Positions 1 through 9,817 of a DNA stretch of 64,000 nucleotides are shown one piece after another (the first letter of the stretch is position 1; each line of letters begins with the position of its first letter). The position numbers and the translations under genes were made by a program. The notes beneath the pieces were generated by a model. It worked only from the letters and a program-made list of their open reading frames with translations. It had not been told where the DNA came from and did no database searches. Source of the DNA: Methanocellales archaeon (GTDB lineage Archaea > Halobacteriota > JAWCLZ01); the NCBI GenBank assembly GCA_038850275.1, contig JAWCLZ010000002.1:38993-102992 (forward strand), written 5' to 3'.

Positions 1-2
1 CT

Positions 3-890
3 AAAGAAATTGCAAAGATTGGCCCTCGCAATGTATTGATTAAAGGGGGGCATCTAGCTAGCGAGATGGTTGTTGATGTCCTCTATGATGGTAAAGAATA
101 TACTTATTTCAAAGCCCCGAGGATTAAAACTAAAAATCTACATGGCACTGGCTGCACATTCTCAGCGAGCATAACAGCTTACTTAGCAAGGGGATGCAGC
201 GTTAAAGAAGCAGTTGAATTTAGCAAGCGATTCATGGAGAAAGCAATCAAGTATAGCTTCAACGTTGGCAAGGGAAGCGGTCCAGTGAATCCAATGGCAA
301 ATTTATACTATGAAGCAGCGAAGCAAAAAGCAATTGAGGATGTGCAGGATGCAGTGAAAATTGTGGAGCAAAGCGAGGCTCTCGCAATGCTTATCCCAGA
401 AGTGGGTATGAATATAGTTTCAGTGCCTGAATATAGTATACATGGAAATGAAGTTGTAGGCGTGGAGGGAAGATTAACCTCTGTTTTAGGTAGACCGAGG
501 TCTCGTGGGTTTGCAAAACCAGGGGCTTCCAAGCACGTTGCTAGTGCAGCTCTAGAGATTTATAAAAGAAATCCTAGTTATAGAGCTGCCTTGAATTTGA
601 AATTCTCAGAGGAAGCTCTAGCTATATGCAGGGAAATGGGCTTGTTAATTTCAAGCTATGATCGAGGTAAAGAACCAGAGGAAATAAAGTGCAAAGAAGG
701 AATGAGCATCATATGGGGAGTAGAGCAAGCTCTTCTACAAACAAGTGGAAATATTCCAGATGTCATATATCATCGTGGAGACTGGGGTAAAGAACCAATG
801 ATAACTCTATTTGGCAAAAATGCTAAGGAAGTTGCTAAGCGAGCGGTGGAAATTGCTGAGAAAATAAGGGAAATGAAGTCATGGAAATGA
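3..890 (+). CDS. thiDN: Bifunctional HMP/HMP-P kinase - thiamine-phosphate synthase ThiD-ThiN (5'-truncated by window edge)
   Basis: ThiD motifs LIKGGH and NLHGTGCTFSA, then ThiN domain (LIPEVGMN, GASKHVA, GDWGKEPM); frame is open back to base 3. Confidence 0.93.
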   Translation, partial: KEIAKIGPRNVLIKGGHLASEMVVDVLYDGKEYTYFKAPRIKTKNLHGTGCTFSASITAYLARGCSVKEAVEFSKRFMEKAIKYSFNVGKGSGPVNPMANLYYEAAKQKAIEDVQDAVKIVEQSEALAMLIPEVGMNIVSVPEYSIHGNEVVGVEGRLTSVLGRPRSRGFAKPGASKHVASAALEIYKRNPSYRAALNLKFSEEALAICREMGLLISSYDRGKEPEEIKCKEGMSIIWGVEQALLQTSGNIPDVIYHRGDWGKEPMITLFGKNAKEVAKRAVEIAEKIREMKSWK

Positions 891-986
891 AGTCATGGAA
901 ATGAGTCGTGGACATAGAAATGAATCGTGGACATAGAAATGAATCGTGGACATAGAAATGAATCGTGGACATAGAAATGAATCATA
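870..986. repeat. Composite tandem repeat: 14-bp GAAATGAAGTCATG x2, 19-bp GAAATGA(G/A)TCGTGGACATA x4, plus a partial unit
   Basis: Units start at 870, 884, 898, 917, 936, 955 and 974; read directly; no spacers. Confidence 0.97.
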
Positions 987-1950
987 GCCATCCAGCCCTG
1001 CGGAAATACCAAAGCATGGCTAAGGCTGGAATAGCTGATATAATAAGGAGAATTATAAGAGTGGTATATGGACCTAGAAAAGTCCAAGGTCCAGTTTCAA
1101 CCCCACCTGGTAGGGGTATGTTCATTCCATAGATTTGGGCTATCACTGTGGCTGGGATGGAAAGGGTGAAGAAAATAGTGAGAACAGCTAGTATTTTATT
1201 AGTCTTTTCCGTGCTTAACATAAAGTCGGTATCTTTATAGATTTCTATGATCTCTTTGCATTCATCTAAAGTTGCCCATACCTTGTCTATGTGATCCTCA
1301 ACATCACTAAAGTAAATGGAGAGGTCATCTTTAATGTAATGAGAAATTTCCCTAGACAATTCCTCAATAACACGTTTAAGTGGATAGGTAACTCGCCTTA
1401 AGCGAGCTATCCTCCGCCTTAAAATGGTTACTTCACGCACTGCTTCTACTTTTTCATCAAAAACTTTATCCTCAATATCGTCCAAGTCGCTTATAATCTT
1501 ATCTAAAATTGGGAACAATGAATCAACTAGTTGATCTATTATATAATACAAAAGATAGCCAGGTGACCTCAAAACCTCCGAGCGTGCTCTCTCATCGATT
1601 TTACACTTTTGAAATACTTCTGATAAAGGTTTTAAATCACTTGTTGAAATTGTGACTAAGTAGTTTTTCCCTAGGAAAATCGATAGCTGACTCGAGAACA
1701 TTCGTCCTTCAGCGCTGAAGGCAGGGAAGTGGAGTACAATGAATAAGTAATCTTCATATTTATCCACCTTAGGTAGCTGAACCTTTGAAATGCAATCATC
1801 TAATGCGAGGGAATGAAAGTGGTAGTTTTGAGCCAAAAAATTTATTTCCCTCTCAGTAGGTGCTTCTATATATACCCAGTTTAATTCCCCTTGGCTAAGA
1901 ATTTCCATTTCTCTCTCCTTATCTAACTTTGCTGATAAAATCTTTTTCAT
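982..1950 (-). CDS. corA: CorA-family Mg2+/Co2+ transporter
   Basis: LPKVDKY motif, YGMN signature, two C-terminal TM helices. Confidence 0.95.
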   Translation of the reverse strand: MKKILSAKLDKEREMEILSQGELNWVYIEAPTEREINFLAQNYHFHSLALDDCISKVQLPKVDKYEDYLFIVLHFPAFSAEGRMFSSQLSIFLGKNYLVTISTSDLKPLSEVFQKCKIDERARSEVLRSPGYLLYYIIDQLVDSLFPILDKIISDLDDIEDKVFDEKVEAVREVTILRRRIARLRRVTYPLKRVIEELSREISHYIKDDLSIYFSDVEDHIDKVWATLDECKEIIEIYKDTDFMLSTEKTNKILAVLTIFFTLSIPATVIAQIYGMNIPLPGGVETGPWTFLGPYTTLIILLIISAIPALAMLWYFRRAGWL

Positions 1951-2495
1951 TTTCCTTGTCTCACGGCGTTGAATATATCTTGAATATCTTGACTATAATC
2001 GATTTTGCCAGGTGGATATGCTTTTTTACCTTCTATTACTTCCACTATGCAGCTCGCTACCTCCTCAGGGGTCTTATCCGTGGTGTCTATTTCATGTATA
2101 TTCTCAAGTCTATGGCGCTCGAGAGTTTCTATTAAAATTATATTAAGTGCTTCTGCCTCTACATTTTCATTTATCTTTTCCTCACTCCATTTTTTGACCT
2201 TTAAGCGTTTTCTAAGCAAGCTTGGCTTGGTTCTAAGTATTATTATCAAGTCTAAATCAAGGTGGTGAGCGAGATGTCCTTCAACTATATATCCCCCTTT
2301 TAATTCAGCAAAATATTTTTTAAGCCTAGGTATATCAACTATTAATGTATCGCGCTTCAAATCCCTTCCAATATAAAACTTTTTCCTCTTAATCAATGCA
2401 TTTAAGTCTATGATTTTGTAATTATATTTAGATTTCAGCACATTGCAAACTTGAGTTTTACCTGTTCCTGGGGTACCTGTTATGCCAATTCTCAT
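1947..2495 (-). CDS. Adenylate kinase 6 / Fap7-like nucleotide kinase
   Basis: P-loop GTPGTGKT, IVEGHLAH Walker-B-like motif, KINENVEAE. Confidence 0.88.
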   Translation of the reverse strand: MRIGITGTPGTGKTQVCNVLKSKYNYKIIDLNALIKRKKFYIGRDLKRDTLIVDIPRLKKYFAELKGGYIVEGHLAHHLDLDLIIILRTKPSLLRKRLKVKKWSEEKINENVEAEALNIILIETLERHRLENIHEIDTTDKTPEEVASCIVEVIEGKKAYPPGKIDYSQDIQDIFNAVRQGK

Positions 2496-3568
2496 CTCGC
2501 TTTGAATTCCTTAAGTGCTTCAACCAAGCGTTTGTTTTGCTCTTCAGTGCCAATAGTTATTCGCACTAGAGATTTAGAAGCTCCTCTGAATGACTGGCAG
2601 TCTCTAACTATTATTCCTTTTTTGAGTAAATATTCACATACCTCCTTTGAAGTATATGGCTTGACATCTATTAAAACAAAGTTTGCTTGAGATGGATAGA
2701 CCTTGAAGGGTATATTTTCATATAGATATTCCCTTCCCTTTTTCACTAATTCTATACTTCGCTTCAAGTGGTCTTCATCCTCAAGAGCTGCGATCGCTGC
2801 CTTTATGGCTATATTGCTCACGCTGAAGGAAATCGAAGCTTTGAGGTATGCTCTTGAGATTTCTTCATCCATTAATGCATAGCCAATTCTAAGTCCAGCT
2901 AGGCCATACATTTTGGAGAAAGTGCGTAATACCACTAAATTGCTATATTTCCCTACTATGTCTATCACAGAGGTATTGCCGAAGTCAGCGTAAGCTTCAT
3001 CCACTACTACAATTGCATTTACATTTTTCAATATTCTCTCCACATCTCTTCTATTCATAGCTGTTCCAGTTGGATTGTTTGGGGAGCATAGGAAAATTAA
3101 GCTCGTTCTACGGCTCACTTTTGAGAGGAGTTTCTCTATAGCTATGTTGAAGTTTTTATCTCGTTTAATGAAAACTGGCTTGCCATTGTTTAATATAGTG
3201 AATACTTCGTAGTAGGAAAAAGTTGGAATGGGTATTATTGCTTCAAGTCCTCTATCAATGAAAACCTTGGCAAGGGTATCAAGTATGCCATCCCCGCCGT
3301 TGCCAACTACTACGTTCTCAAGCTTGACATTGTATTTTGAAGCTAATGCTTCACGTAGTGATCTAGCATCTGGCTCTGGATATAGATAGACTTTTGAGGC
3401 ATATTTTTTAATTGCCTCCACGGCTCTTGGGCTTGCTCCAAGTGGATTTTCATTTGAAGCAAGCTTTATGATTTCTTCAGGCTTATGGCCATATTTTCTT
3501 GCCACTTCTTCCACGCTCAGCCCAGGAATATATTCCTTTATTCGATTGACAGCGGAGCGCATCTTCAT
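2492..3568 (-). CDS. hisC: Histidinol-phosphate aminotransferase
   Basis: KLASNENPLG, SPNNPTG, VVDEAY, RTFSKMYGLAGLRIG (PLP lysine). Confidence 0.9.
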   Translation of the reverse strand: MKMRSAVNRIKEYIPGLSVEEVARKYGHKPEEIIKLASNENPLGASPRAVEAIKKYASKVYLYPEPDARSLREALASKYNVKLENVVVGNGGDGILDTLAKVFIDRGLEAIIPIPTFSYYEVFTILNNGKPVFIKRDKNFNIAIEKLLSKVSRRTSLIFLCSPNNPTGTAMNRRDVERILKNVNAIVVVDEAYADFGNTSVIDIVGKYSNLVVLRTFSKMYGLAGLRIGYALMDEEISRAYLKASISFSVSNIAIKAAIAALEDEDHLKRSIELVKKGREYLYENIPFKVYPSQANFVLIDVKPYTSKEVCEYLLKKGIIVRDCQSFRGASKSLVRITIGTEEQNKRLVEALKEFKAR

Positions 3569-4776
3569 GATTCAGCCTCCCTCTCCCTCTCCCTCTCTAT
3601 TTCCTCGCTGGTTACCCTAGCCACTTTCGCTAGCTGGCGCTTGGTTATCACTAGAGGTGGGAGGAATCTCAATATTCTCTCAGAAGTGCAGTTAATTAAA
3701 ACTCCCCTCTCTCTAGCTCGATTTATGATTCCACTGCCCTCTACATTTAACTCTATTCCTACCATGAGTCCCAGTCCTCTTATATCGCGTACCAAATTTG
3801 ATGTGCACTTCTCCCTGAGCAAGCCTATGAAATACCCCCCCTTCTCCTTAGCTTTCTCCACTAATCTATCTCTCTTAATTGCTTGAATCGTGGCTAGAGC
3901 TGCTGCGCATGCAAGGGGATTGCCCCCAAATGTCGAGGCGTGGTCGCCTTTTTCAAATTTAGAAGCAATTTCTTCCCTTGCTAGCATTGCTCCAATTGGG
4001 AAACCACTGCCAAGTGCTTTAGCAAGTGTTAATATATCTGGCTCAATGCCAAAGTGCTCATAAGCAAACCACTTGCCAGTGCGACCAAAGCCAGTTTGCA
4101 CTTCATCCAATATTAGTAGGACATTTTTTTCATCGCAAATTTCTCTAACTTGCTTGAGGTAGTCTTTATCTGGAACTATTACCCCTCCCTCTCCCTGCAC
4201 TGGTTCAAGTATAACTGCAGCTGTATCTTGAGTTATTGCACTTGAAATTGCTTCGGGATTATTGTATTTCACAAATTTTACGCATGGTATTAAAGGTTCA
4301 AATGGCTTGCGATATCTCTCTTTATGCGTTACACTTAAAGCACCCATAGTTCGCCCGTGGAAAGAGCCCTCGCAGGCGATGATTTCCTTTTTGCCAGTTG
4401 CTTTTCTAGCTAGCTTAAGAGCAGCTTCATTTGCTTCTGCACCGGAGTTTGCATAGAATACTCTATCAAGCTTAGTTAGTTCAACTAGAGCTTCAGCGAG
4501 TTTCACCTGCTCCTCAGTGTAGTAGATATTTGAAATGTGCATGAGTCTTTGTACTTGTAACTTAATTGCTTCAACCACGAGGTCGTGGCAGTGTCCAGTA
4601 CTGCAAACCGCTAATCCAGCGAAGCAGTCGAGGTATTCCCTGCCTTCAACATCCCAAACAAGCGCTCCCTTTCCACGTGCTATTACTAAAGGCTGCCTAG
4701 TATAGGTTTGCATTATGCATTTTGCTTCTCTTTCAATTATTTCTTTAGTTCTCTCAATTTTCTCTTTGGTTCTAAT
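3565..4776 (-). CDS. argD: Acetylornithine aminotransferase (class III PLP); start uncertain (ATT 4776 preferred; TTG 4818 or ATG 4713 possible)
   Basis: NSGAEANEAA, FHGRT, LEPVQGEGG, DEVQTGFGRTG, LAKALG, HASTFGGNPL. Confidence 0.9.
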   Translation of the reverse strand: MRTKEKIERTKEIIEREAKCIMQTYTRQPLVIARGKGALVWDVEGREYLDCFAGLAVCSTGHCHDLVVEAIKLQVQRLMHISNIYYTEEQVKLAEALVELTKLDRVFYANSGAEANEAALKLARKATGKKEIIACEGSFHGRTMGALSVTHKERYRKPFEPLIPCVKFVKYNNPEAISSAITQDTAAVILEPVQGEGGVIVPDKDYLKQVREICDEKNVLLILDEVQTGFGRTGKWFAYEHFGIEPDILTLAKALGSGFPIGAMLAREEIASKFEKGDHASTFGGNPLACAAALATIQAIKRDRLVEKAKEKGGYFIGLLREKCTSNLVRDIRGLGLMVGIELNVEGSGIINRARERGVLINCTSERILRFLPPLVITKRQLAKVARVTSEEIEREREREAES

Positions 4777-4789
4777 AAAATCAACTCCC

Positions 4790-5704
4790 TTAATCTCGAT
4801 ATGGAATTTCAATCTCAAGTAGATCTCTAGCTACAAGTGAATTACTGAATACCTTTCTCGCTTCTTCGAGAAGGGGTGTTGGATCAGCTGAATATCTAGA
4901 GCTTATATGGGTTAATATAAGCTGCCTCACCCCTGCTTTCTTTGCAATCTCCGCTGCTTCAAAAGCTGTGCTGTGCTTGGTTTCAATCGCCCAATCCTGC
5001 ATATCACTGGTGAGAGTGCCATCGTGTATTAAGAGATCTGCATTTTTACTTGCATTTAAAATTGCTTCACAAGGTCTAGTGTCACCACTATAAACCACAA
5101 TTCTACCCGCTCTAGGTGGACCTATTACTTCCTCTGGCTTTATAACTTTACCTTTAATATTTATAGTTTCACCCCTTTGAAGTTTGCCGAAAAGCGGACC
5201 TGGAGGTATGCCCAGTTCTATAGCTCTCTCTCTATTGAATCTCCCTTGCCTTGGTTTCTCCCTCAATACATAGCCCAAGCTGGGCACGCTATGCTCAGTT
5301 TTAACTGCCTCTATCCAATATTCCCCTCTATCTAGAGTGTCCCCGTGTTTAAGCTCAATTGCTTTAACTTCAAATGCAACATCATTGAATCCTAGCTTGG
5401 ATAGCAATTCTATGAATTCTTTTGCATATCTAGGGCCGTATATCTCAAGAGGCTGCACTCTGCCTTGGAAATTCATGGTCTGAAGTAGCCCTGGTATCCC
5501 AAGCACGTGATCCGCGTGGAAATGGGTTATGAAAATAGCTGTTAGATTCATCATCCCTGTTTTCCCACGCATCATTTGCTGCTGCGTGCCCTCTCCACAG
5601 TCGAACATTATGAGTTCTCCTTTTCGATTGATCAATATAGAACTTGGGTTTCTCTCTATCGTTGGAAGTGCACCTGCTGTGCCTAGGAATGTTACTCGCA
5701 GCAT
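4790..5704 (-). CDS. rnz: Ribonuclease Z (tRNase Z)
   Basis: FLGTAG, DCGEGTQ, THFHADH, PPGP exosite, SGDT, LTHISSRY. Confidence 0.96.
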   Translation of the reverse strand: MLRVTFLGTAGALPTIERNPSSILINRKGELIMFDCGEGTQQQMMRGKTGMMNLTAIFITHFHADHVLGIPGLLQTMNFQGRVQPLEIYGPRYAKEFIELLSKLGFNDVAFEVKAIELKHGDTLDRGEYWIEAVKTEHSVPSLGYVLREKPRQGRFNRERAIELGIPPGPLFGKLQRGETINIKGKVIKPEEVIGPPRAGRIVVYSGDTRPCEAILNASKNADLLIHDGTLTSDMQDWAIETKHSTAFEAAEIAKKAGVRQLILTHISSRYSADPTPLLEEARKVFSNSLVARDLLEIEIPYRD

Positions 5705-5804
5705 GCGTATTTTTTAATGAAATGTTGTGATATTTGTAGCTTTTCGCTGTTTTCGGTGTTTTTGCTGGCAAAGCTATTAATTCCTTTGAGAAAGATTTAA
5801 ATGG

Positions 5805-6605
5805 GTGGATATTTTGCCGCGTGAACTTGGACTTTACTACATCTCAAAGCCAGATTCAAAGCTTGCTTGGTTTAAATTTCAATTGAGAGACGAAAAAGGC
5901 GCTGTTGCGAGATGCACAGATGTATTAGCTAAGAGAGGCGCTGATTTGATCTTCGGTTATTTCGAAGTAATGGAGAGAGGTAGAACTGGGAAGTACATTG
6001 CATTTGCTGAATTAAAGAAAGAAGCTGATTTGAATAACTTGGTCAAGAATTTAAAGAGCTTAGATGTTGTTCTAGATCTAGAGTACCACACAGCTAAAAA
6101 AGTGATCTTCCAAACCGCGGAATTCCCACTTACATTGCTCGGTAGCAGGGCATTTATAGCTCGCTCTGAAACCTTTGTAGAGATGATGAAAACAATTGAA
6201 GAGAGCTCCCATAGGCCGAGTGAGTTAATTTTCCTATCAGGATTAAAATCAGGCATGAATACCGCGAGGCATTTTTCTGAGAAAATAGGGCTAACTAGGG
6301 AGAATGCAATTGAAATCTTAATTGGACTTCTATTTGCAGCTGGCTGGGGGAAGCTATATGTTGACTTAGATCTCGATTCACTATCAGGCTATATTACAGT
6401 TAAGGATTCATTCATCGCTGACGCCTATGGAGCTGCTGCCTCGCCTAAATGTAACTGGTTAAGTGGCTTCTTAAGTGGTTTTTTCACAGTGATATTCAAA
6501 GAAGAAATATTCGTAAAGGAGATAAAATGCAAAGCAGTCAAGGGAGATGCTTGTGTACATCGAATGATGCGCGCTAGAGATAAAGAAGCGGAGGGGAGAT
6601 TTTGA
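5805..6605 (+). CDS. ACT-like + V4R domain ligand-binding protein
   Basis: N-terminal ACT-like fold (LRDEKGAVARC); V4R motifs AAGWG, C-x4-GFLSG, E-x2-C-x7-C. Confidence 0.8.
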   Translation: MDILPRELGLYYISKPDSKLAWFKFQLRDEKGAVARCTDVLAKRGADLIFGYFEVMERGRTGKYIAFAELKKEADLNNLVKNLKSLDVVLDLEYHTAKKVIFQTAEFPLTLLGSRAFIARSETFVEMMKTIEESSHRPSELIFLSGLKSGMNTARHFSEKIGLTRENAIEILIGLLFAAGWGKLYVDLDLDSLSGYITVKDSFIADAYGAAASPKCNWLSGFLSGFFTVIFKEEIFVKEIKCKAVKGDACVHRMMRARDKEAEGRF

Positions 6606-8545
6606 TACAGCAGCCAAATGCAATTCTCGGGAACTCAAGAATATTGGTAACCATCGGCTCCAGAGGAGAGCTTTTAGCTTTTTTTTATCCTCGCATTGAT
6701 TATGCTCAAAATATTGAAGAATCTCTGGCTGGGGTTTATTCTGAGGGGAGAATGCTATGGGTAAATGAGGAATGGGAATCAAGGCAAGTTTATTTAGAGG
6801 ATTTAAATATCCTTCATACCAATTTACATCACCCATTGGGAATTTACATAGAAATCGAGGATATGGTTCTCCCTGAGGGAGCTGTGTTGGTTAGGAGGTT
6901 TAAAATTTCTACATGCAGAAATTTGAAGGCGAAGTTCTTCTACTATTTAAATTTCACTATTGGTGAGCATAGAACTAAGAACTCTGGATTTTGCGATCCC
7001 TCTGGAATTATAATGCATTATTGGCAGAACATAAACATTGGCCTAGCGAGCAATCCCAGTTTTGAGGAGTGGCAGATTGGTAAAGCCATAGATACAGCTT
7101 GGTGGACAAATGCCAAGCTGGATTCAGAAGATGGCTTTCTTAGGGGAAATAGAGAGGAAATAGGCTATGTGAATGCAAGTGTAAGTTGGAAACTCGATTT
7201 AACGCCAGAATGCAAAATGGAAATAATATTATTTCTAGCGGCAGCGAGCAATCGCTTTAACTTGAAGAAGGAGATTCAAAGAATTAAGGAAATTCCATAT
7301 GAAGAATTACAGACTCAAACCAAGAATCATTGGCTTCAGTGGCTCTCGAGGGCTAGGGAACTTAAATTGAAGGAGTATCAATCCATTTATAAACGCTCAT
7401 TGCTTGTGCTCTCGCTATTAAGGGATAAACAATTTGGCAGCTTCATAGCTGCTCCTGAGTTTGACCATTTCTATGAAAAAAGCGGGGGATATGGTTATTG
7501 TTGGAATAGAGATGCCACGCATATGGCTCTTGCTCTTGATGCAGCTGGTTATATTGAAGCTGGCGAGGCCTTTGCAGCTTGGTGCAGAAAAATGCAGCTT
7601 GAAGATGGCTCTTGGTTTCAGAGGTATTGGGTAAATGGCGAGCTTGCACCAAGCTGGGGGAACTTTGATTTCTCAACTCAACTTGATCAAGTTGGCTGCA
7701 CCCTGCATTTTTACCTAGAGCACGCTAGATATCTTCCTGACAAGTTGGGATATTTTCAATCAATATGGAAAAGCGTAGAGAGAGGAGCTGAATATATAAT
7801 GAGGAGAACAGAAAGGGGATTGCATGATATCTGCGTTGATCTATGGGAGAGCCACTTTGGATCCTTCACTTATACCAATGCAGCTCTATATAGAGGACTA
7901 TTAAGCGCGGCTGAAATTGCAAGCGCAGTTGGAGAGAAAAACCTAGCTGAGAAATGGCGAGCGAGAGCGATGTTGATCAAGCAAGAGCTTTTAAATAAAT
8001 TCTGGCTAAAGGAGGGGTATTTTGCGAGGGGAATAATCAATGGAAAGTTGGATAAAACCTATGATGCAAGTTTCCTTGGACTGCTCGAGCCATTTGAATT
8101 GTTAGACTTGAGAAACAACGAGGAGCGATCCATGCTAGAACAAGCCATCCTTTTAATTGAAAAGAAACTCGGGATTTATGTGAATGAAGGAATTGGAATA
8201 AAGCGATTTGAGGGTGATGAATACATAGGAGGGAATCCTTGGACTATTACTACTCTTTGGTATGCAATTGTACTTCTAAAACTCGCTAGTTTTTACTTGA
8301 ATAGCGATCAAGACAAGGCAGATCACTATTTTAAAAAAGCAGTTGCATGTATGGAATGGTGCCAGCGAGGGAGCACTAGCACTGGGCTTCTACCTGAGCA
8401 AGTTGATCGCTTCACTGGCAAACCAACTTGGGCAACTCCAATTGGCTGGGCTCACGCTTTAGTCATCAAATGCCTTCTTTTAATGGAGGAATTAAAATTT
8501 AGAAAATTGGAAATTGGGAAATTAGAAATTAGAAATCAAAATTAA
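6602..8545 (+). CDS. Glycoside hydrolase family 15 (glucoamylase/oligosaccharide amylase)
   Basis: YGYCWNRD, QLDQ, DLWE (acid), LLPEQ (base), WATPIGWAH. Confidence 0.92.
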   Translation: MIQQPNAILGNSRILVTIGSRGELLAFFYPRIDYAQNIEESLAGVYSEGRMLWVNEEWESRQVYLEDLNILHTNLHHPLGIYIEIEDMVLPEGAVLVRRFKISTCRNLKAKFFYYLNFTIGEHRTKNSGFCDPSGIIMHYWQNINIGLASNPSFEEWQIGKAIDTAWWTNAKLDSEDGFLRGNREEIGYVNASVSWKLDLTPECKMEIILFLAAASNRFNLKKEIQRIKEIPYEELQTQTKNHWLQWLSRARELKLKEYQSIYKRSLLVLSLLRDKQFGSFIAAPEFDHFYEKSGGYGYCWNRDATHMALALDAAGYIEAGEAFAAWCRKMQLEDGSWFQRYWVNGELAPSWGNFDFSTQLDQVGCTLHFYLEHARYLPDKLGYFQSIWKSVERGAEYIMRRTERGLHDICVDLWESHFGSFTYTNAALYRGLLSAAEIASAVGEKNLAEKWRARAMLIKQELLNKFWLKEGYFARGIINGKLDKTYDASFLGLLEPFELLDLRNNEERSMLEQAILLIEKKLGIYVNEGIGIKRFEGDEYIGGNPWTITTLWYAIVLLKLASFYLNSDQDKADHYFKKAVACMEWCQRGSTSTGLLPEQVDRFTGKPTWATPIGWAHALVIKCLLLMEELKFRKLEIGKLEIRNQN

Positions 8546-8560
8546 AAATTAAAAATTAAT
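8495..8560. repeat. Degenerate 7-bp AAATT(A/G)(A/G)-type low-complexity tandem array spanning the GH15 stop
   Basis: aaaattgg aaattggg aaattag aaattag aaatcaa aattaaa aattaaa. Confidence 0.7.
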
Positions 8561-8566
8561 TATTAT

Positions 8567-9817
8567 CTATCGATGTCTTTGAATTACTTCTTCATAAACC
8601 CTTATGGTTTCTCTAGCGGTTTTTTCCCAAGTAAAGTTATCAAGCACCCTCGCTCTTGCATTTTCGCCCAAGATTTTTCTAGTTACATCGATCTTCAATA
8701 ATTCTATTGTAAATCTTGCGATATCATTTGGGTCATATGGATTTATATGCGCTCCACATCTATTTGTGCCACTTGGTATAACTTGTTCCCTCAACCCAGA
8801 GGTACCAGTTGCTCCCACTACCACTGGCTTAGCCATACTCATTGCTTCAGTGCATACAATTCCAAATGGCTCATATTTCGAGGGAAGAACAACTACATCG
8901 CTCGCTGCGTAGTGCAATATTCTTTCCTCCTCGCTTACATATTTAAATTCAAGCACCACGCGATTTTGAATACCCAAGCTTGAAACCATGTGCTTAATCA
9001 TATCCTCTTGATCGCCTCTGCCGAGGATGACGAGCTTTGCATTTGGCACTTCTTTTAAAATCAATGGCATGGCTTGAACTAGACTATCCGCTCCTTTAAC
9101 CCAAGTGAGGCGGCCTACAAAGAGAATCATAAGTTCTCCTTTCTCAATTCCAATTGCTTCTTTAAATTTTAAGATCTCTGCCTCTCCATATTTAGCTGGA
9201 TTATACTTCATAGGGTCAACGCCATTGTATATCACTCGAATTTTCTTTTCATCATAGCCAAGCCTCATTAGTTCATCCCGCATTGCATAGCTCACGGTTA
9301 TAATTAAATCTGCTTCATTAGCAGCAAGGCGCTCTATAGCTTTAATGGTTGGAGATCCATTCCAAGCTCTACCCTGCTCGGTGGAATGCAGGTGGAATAC
9401 AAATGGGAGCTTCAATGCTTTTCTCACGATCAATGCTCCAATTGCAGAAAGCCAGTCATTTGCTACAATTATATCAAAAGCTCGCTTTTCCTTTTTAACT
9501 AAGTCATTGAGGAGCTTTGTGGATGAGAGAAAATTATAGAGCATGGTCTCGCAAAATAGCTCCCTCGCTCCCTCTGACCATTTCTTCACATCCTCTGGAA
9601 TCATGAGGGGTAGTATATCAGTTGCATCCACTAATAAGGGTCTATGTACCTCTAAGCCTTGAGATCTATATACAGTTGGATCATCCCCAGTATTTCTCGA
9701 GAAAATAGTTAAATTATGCCCTGACTTTATGAATTGCTTAGACATCTCCATAGCATAAGTACCTAGCCCACCTCTGAAGTATGGCGGGAATTCATCTACG
9801 AAGTAAAGAATATTCAT
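8567..9817 (-). CDS. Glycosyltransferase family 4 (glycogen-synthase-like)
   Basis: EFPP..RGGLG, NDW, FVGRL..KG, PSKYEPFGIVCTEAM. Confidence 0.9.
   Translation of the reverse strand: MNILYFVDEFPPYFRGGLGTYAMEMSKQFIKSGHNLTIFSRNTGDDPTVYRSQGLEVHRPLLVDATDILPLMIPEDVKKWSEGARELFCETMLYNFLSSTKLLNDLVKKEKRAFDIIVANDWLSAIGALIVRKALKLPFVFHLHSTEQGRAWNGSPTIKAIERLAANEADLIITVSYAMRDELMRLGYDEKKIRVIYNGVDPMKYNPAKYGEAEILKFKEAIGIEKGELMILFVGRLTWVKGADSLVQAMPLILKEVPNAKLVILGRGDQEDMIKHMVSSLGIQNRVVLEFKYVSEEERILHYAASDVVVLPSKYEPFGIVCTEAMSMAKPVVVGATGTSGLREQVIPSGTNRCGAHINPYDPNDIARFTIELLKIDVTRKILGENARARVLDNFTWEKTARETIRVYEEVIQRHR

Noticed and set aside
870..986. Possible CRISPR array
   Set aside because: Units are head-to-tail with no unique spacers, only 14-19 bp long, and no cas genes are in the window
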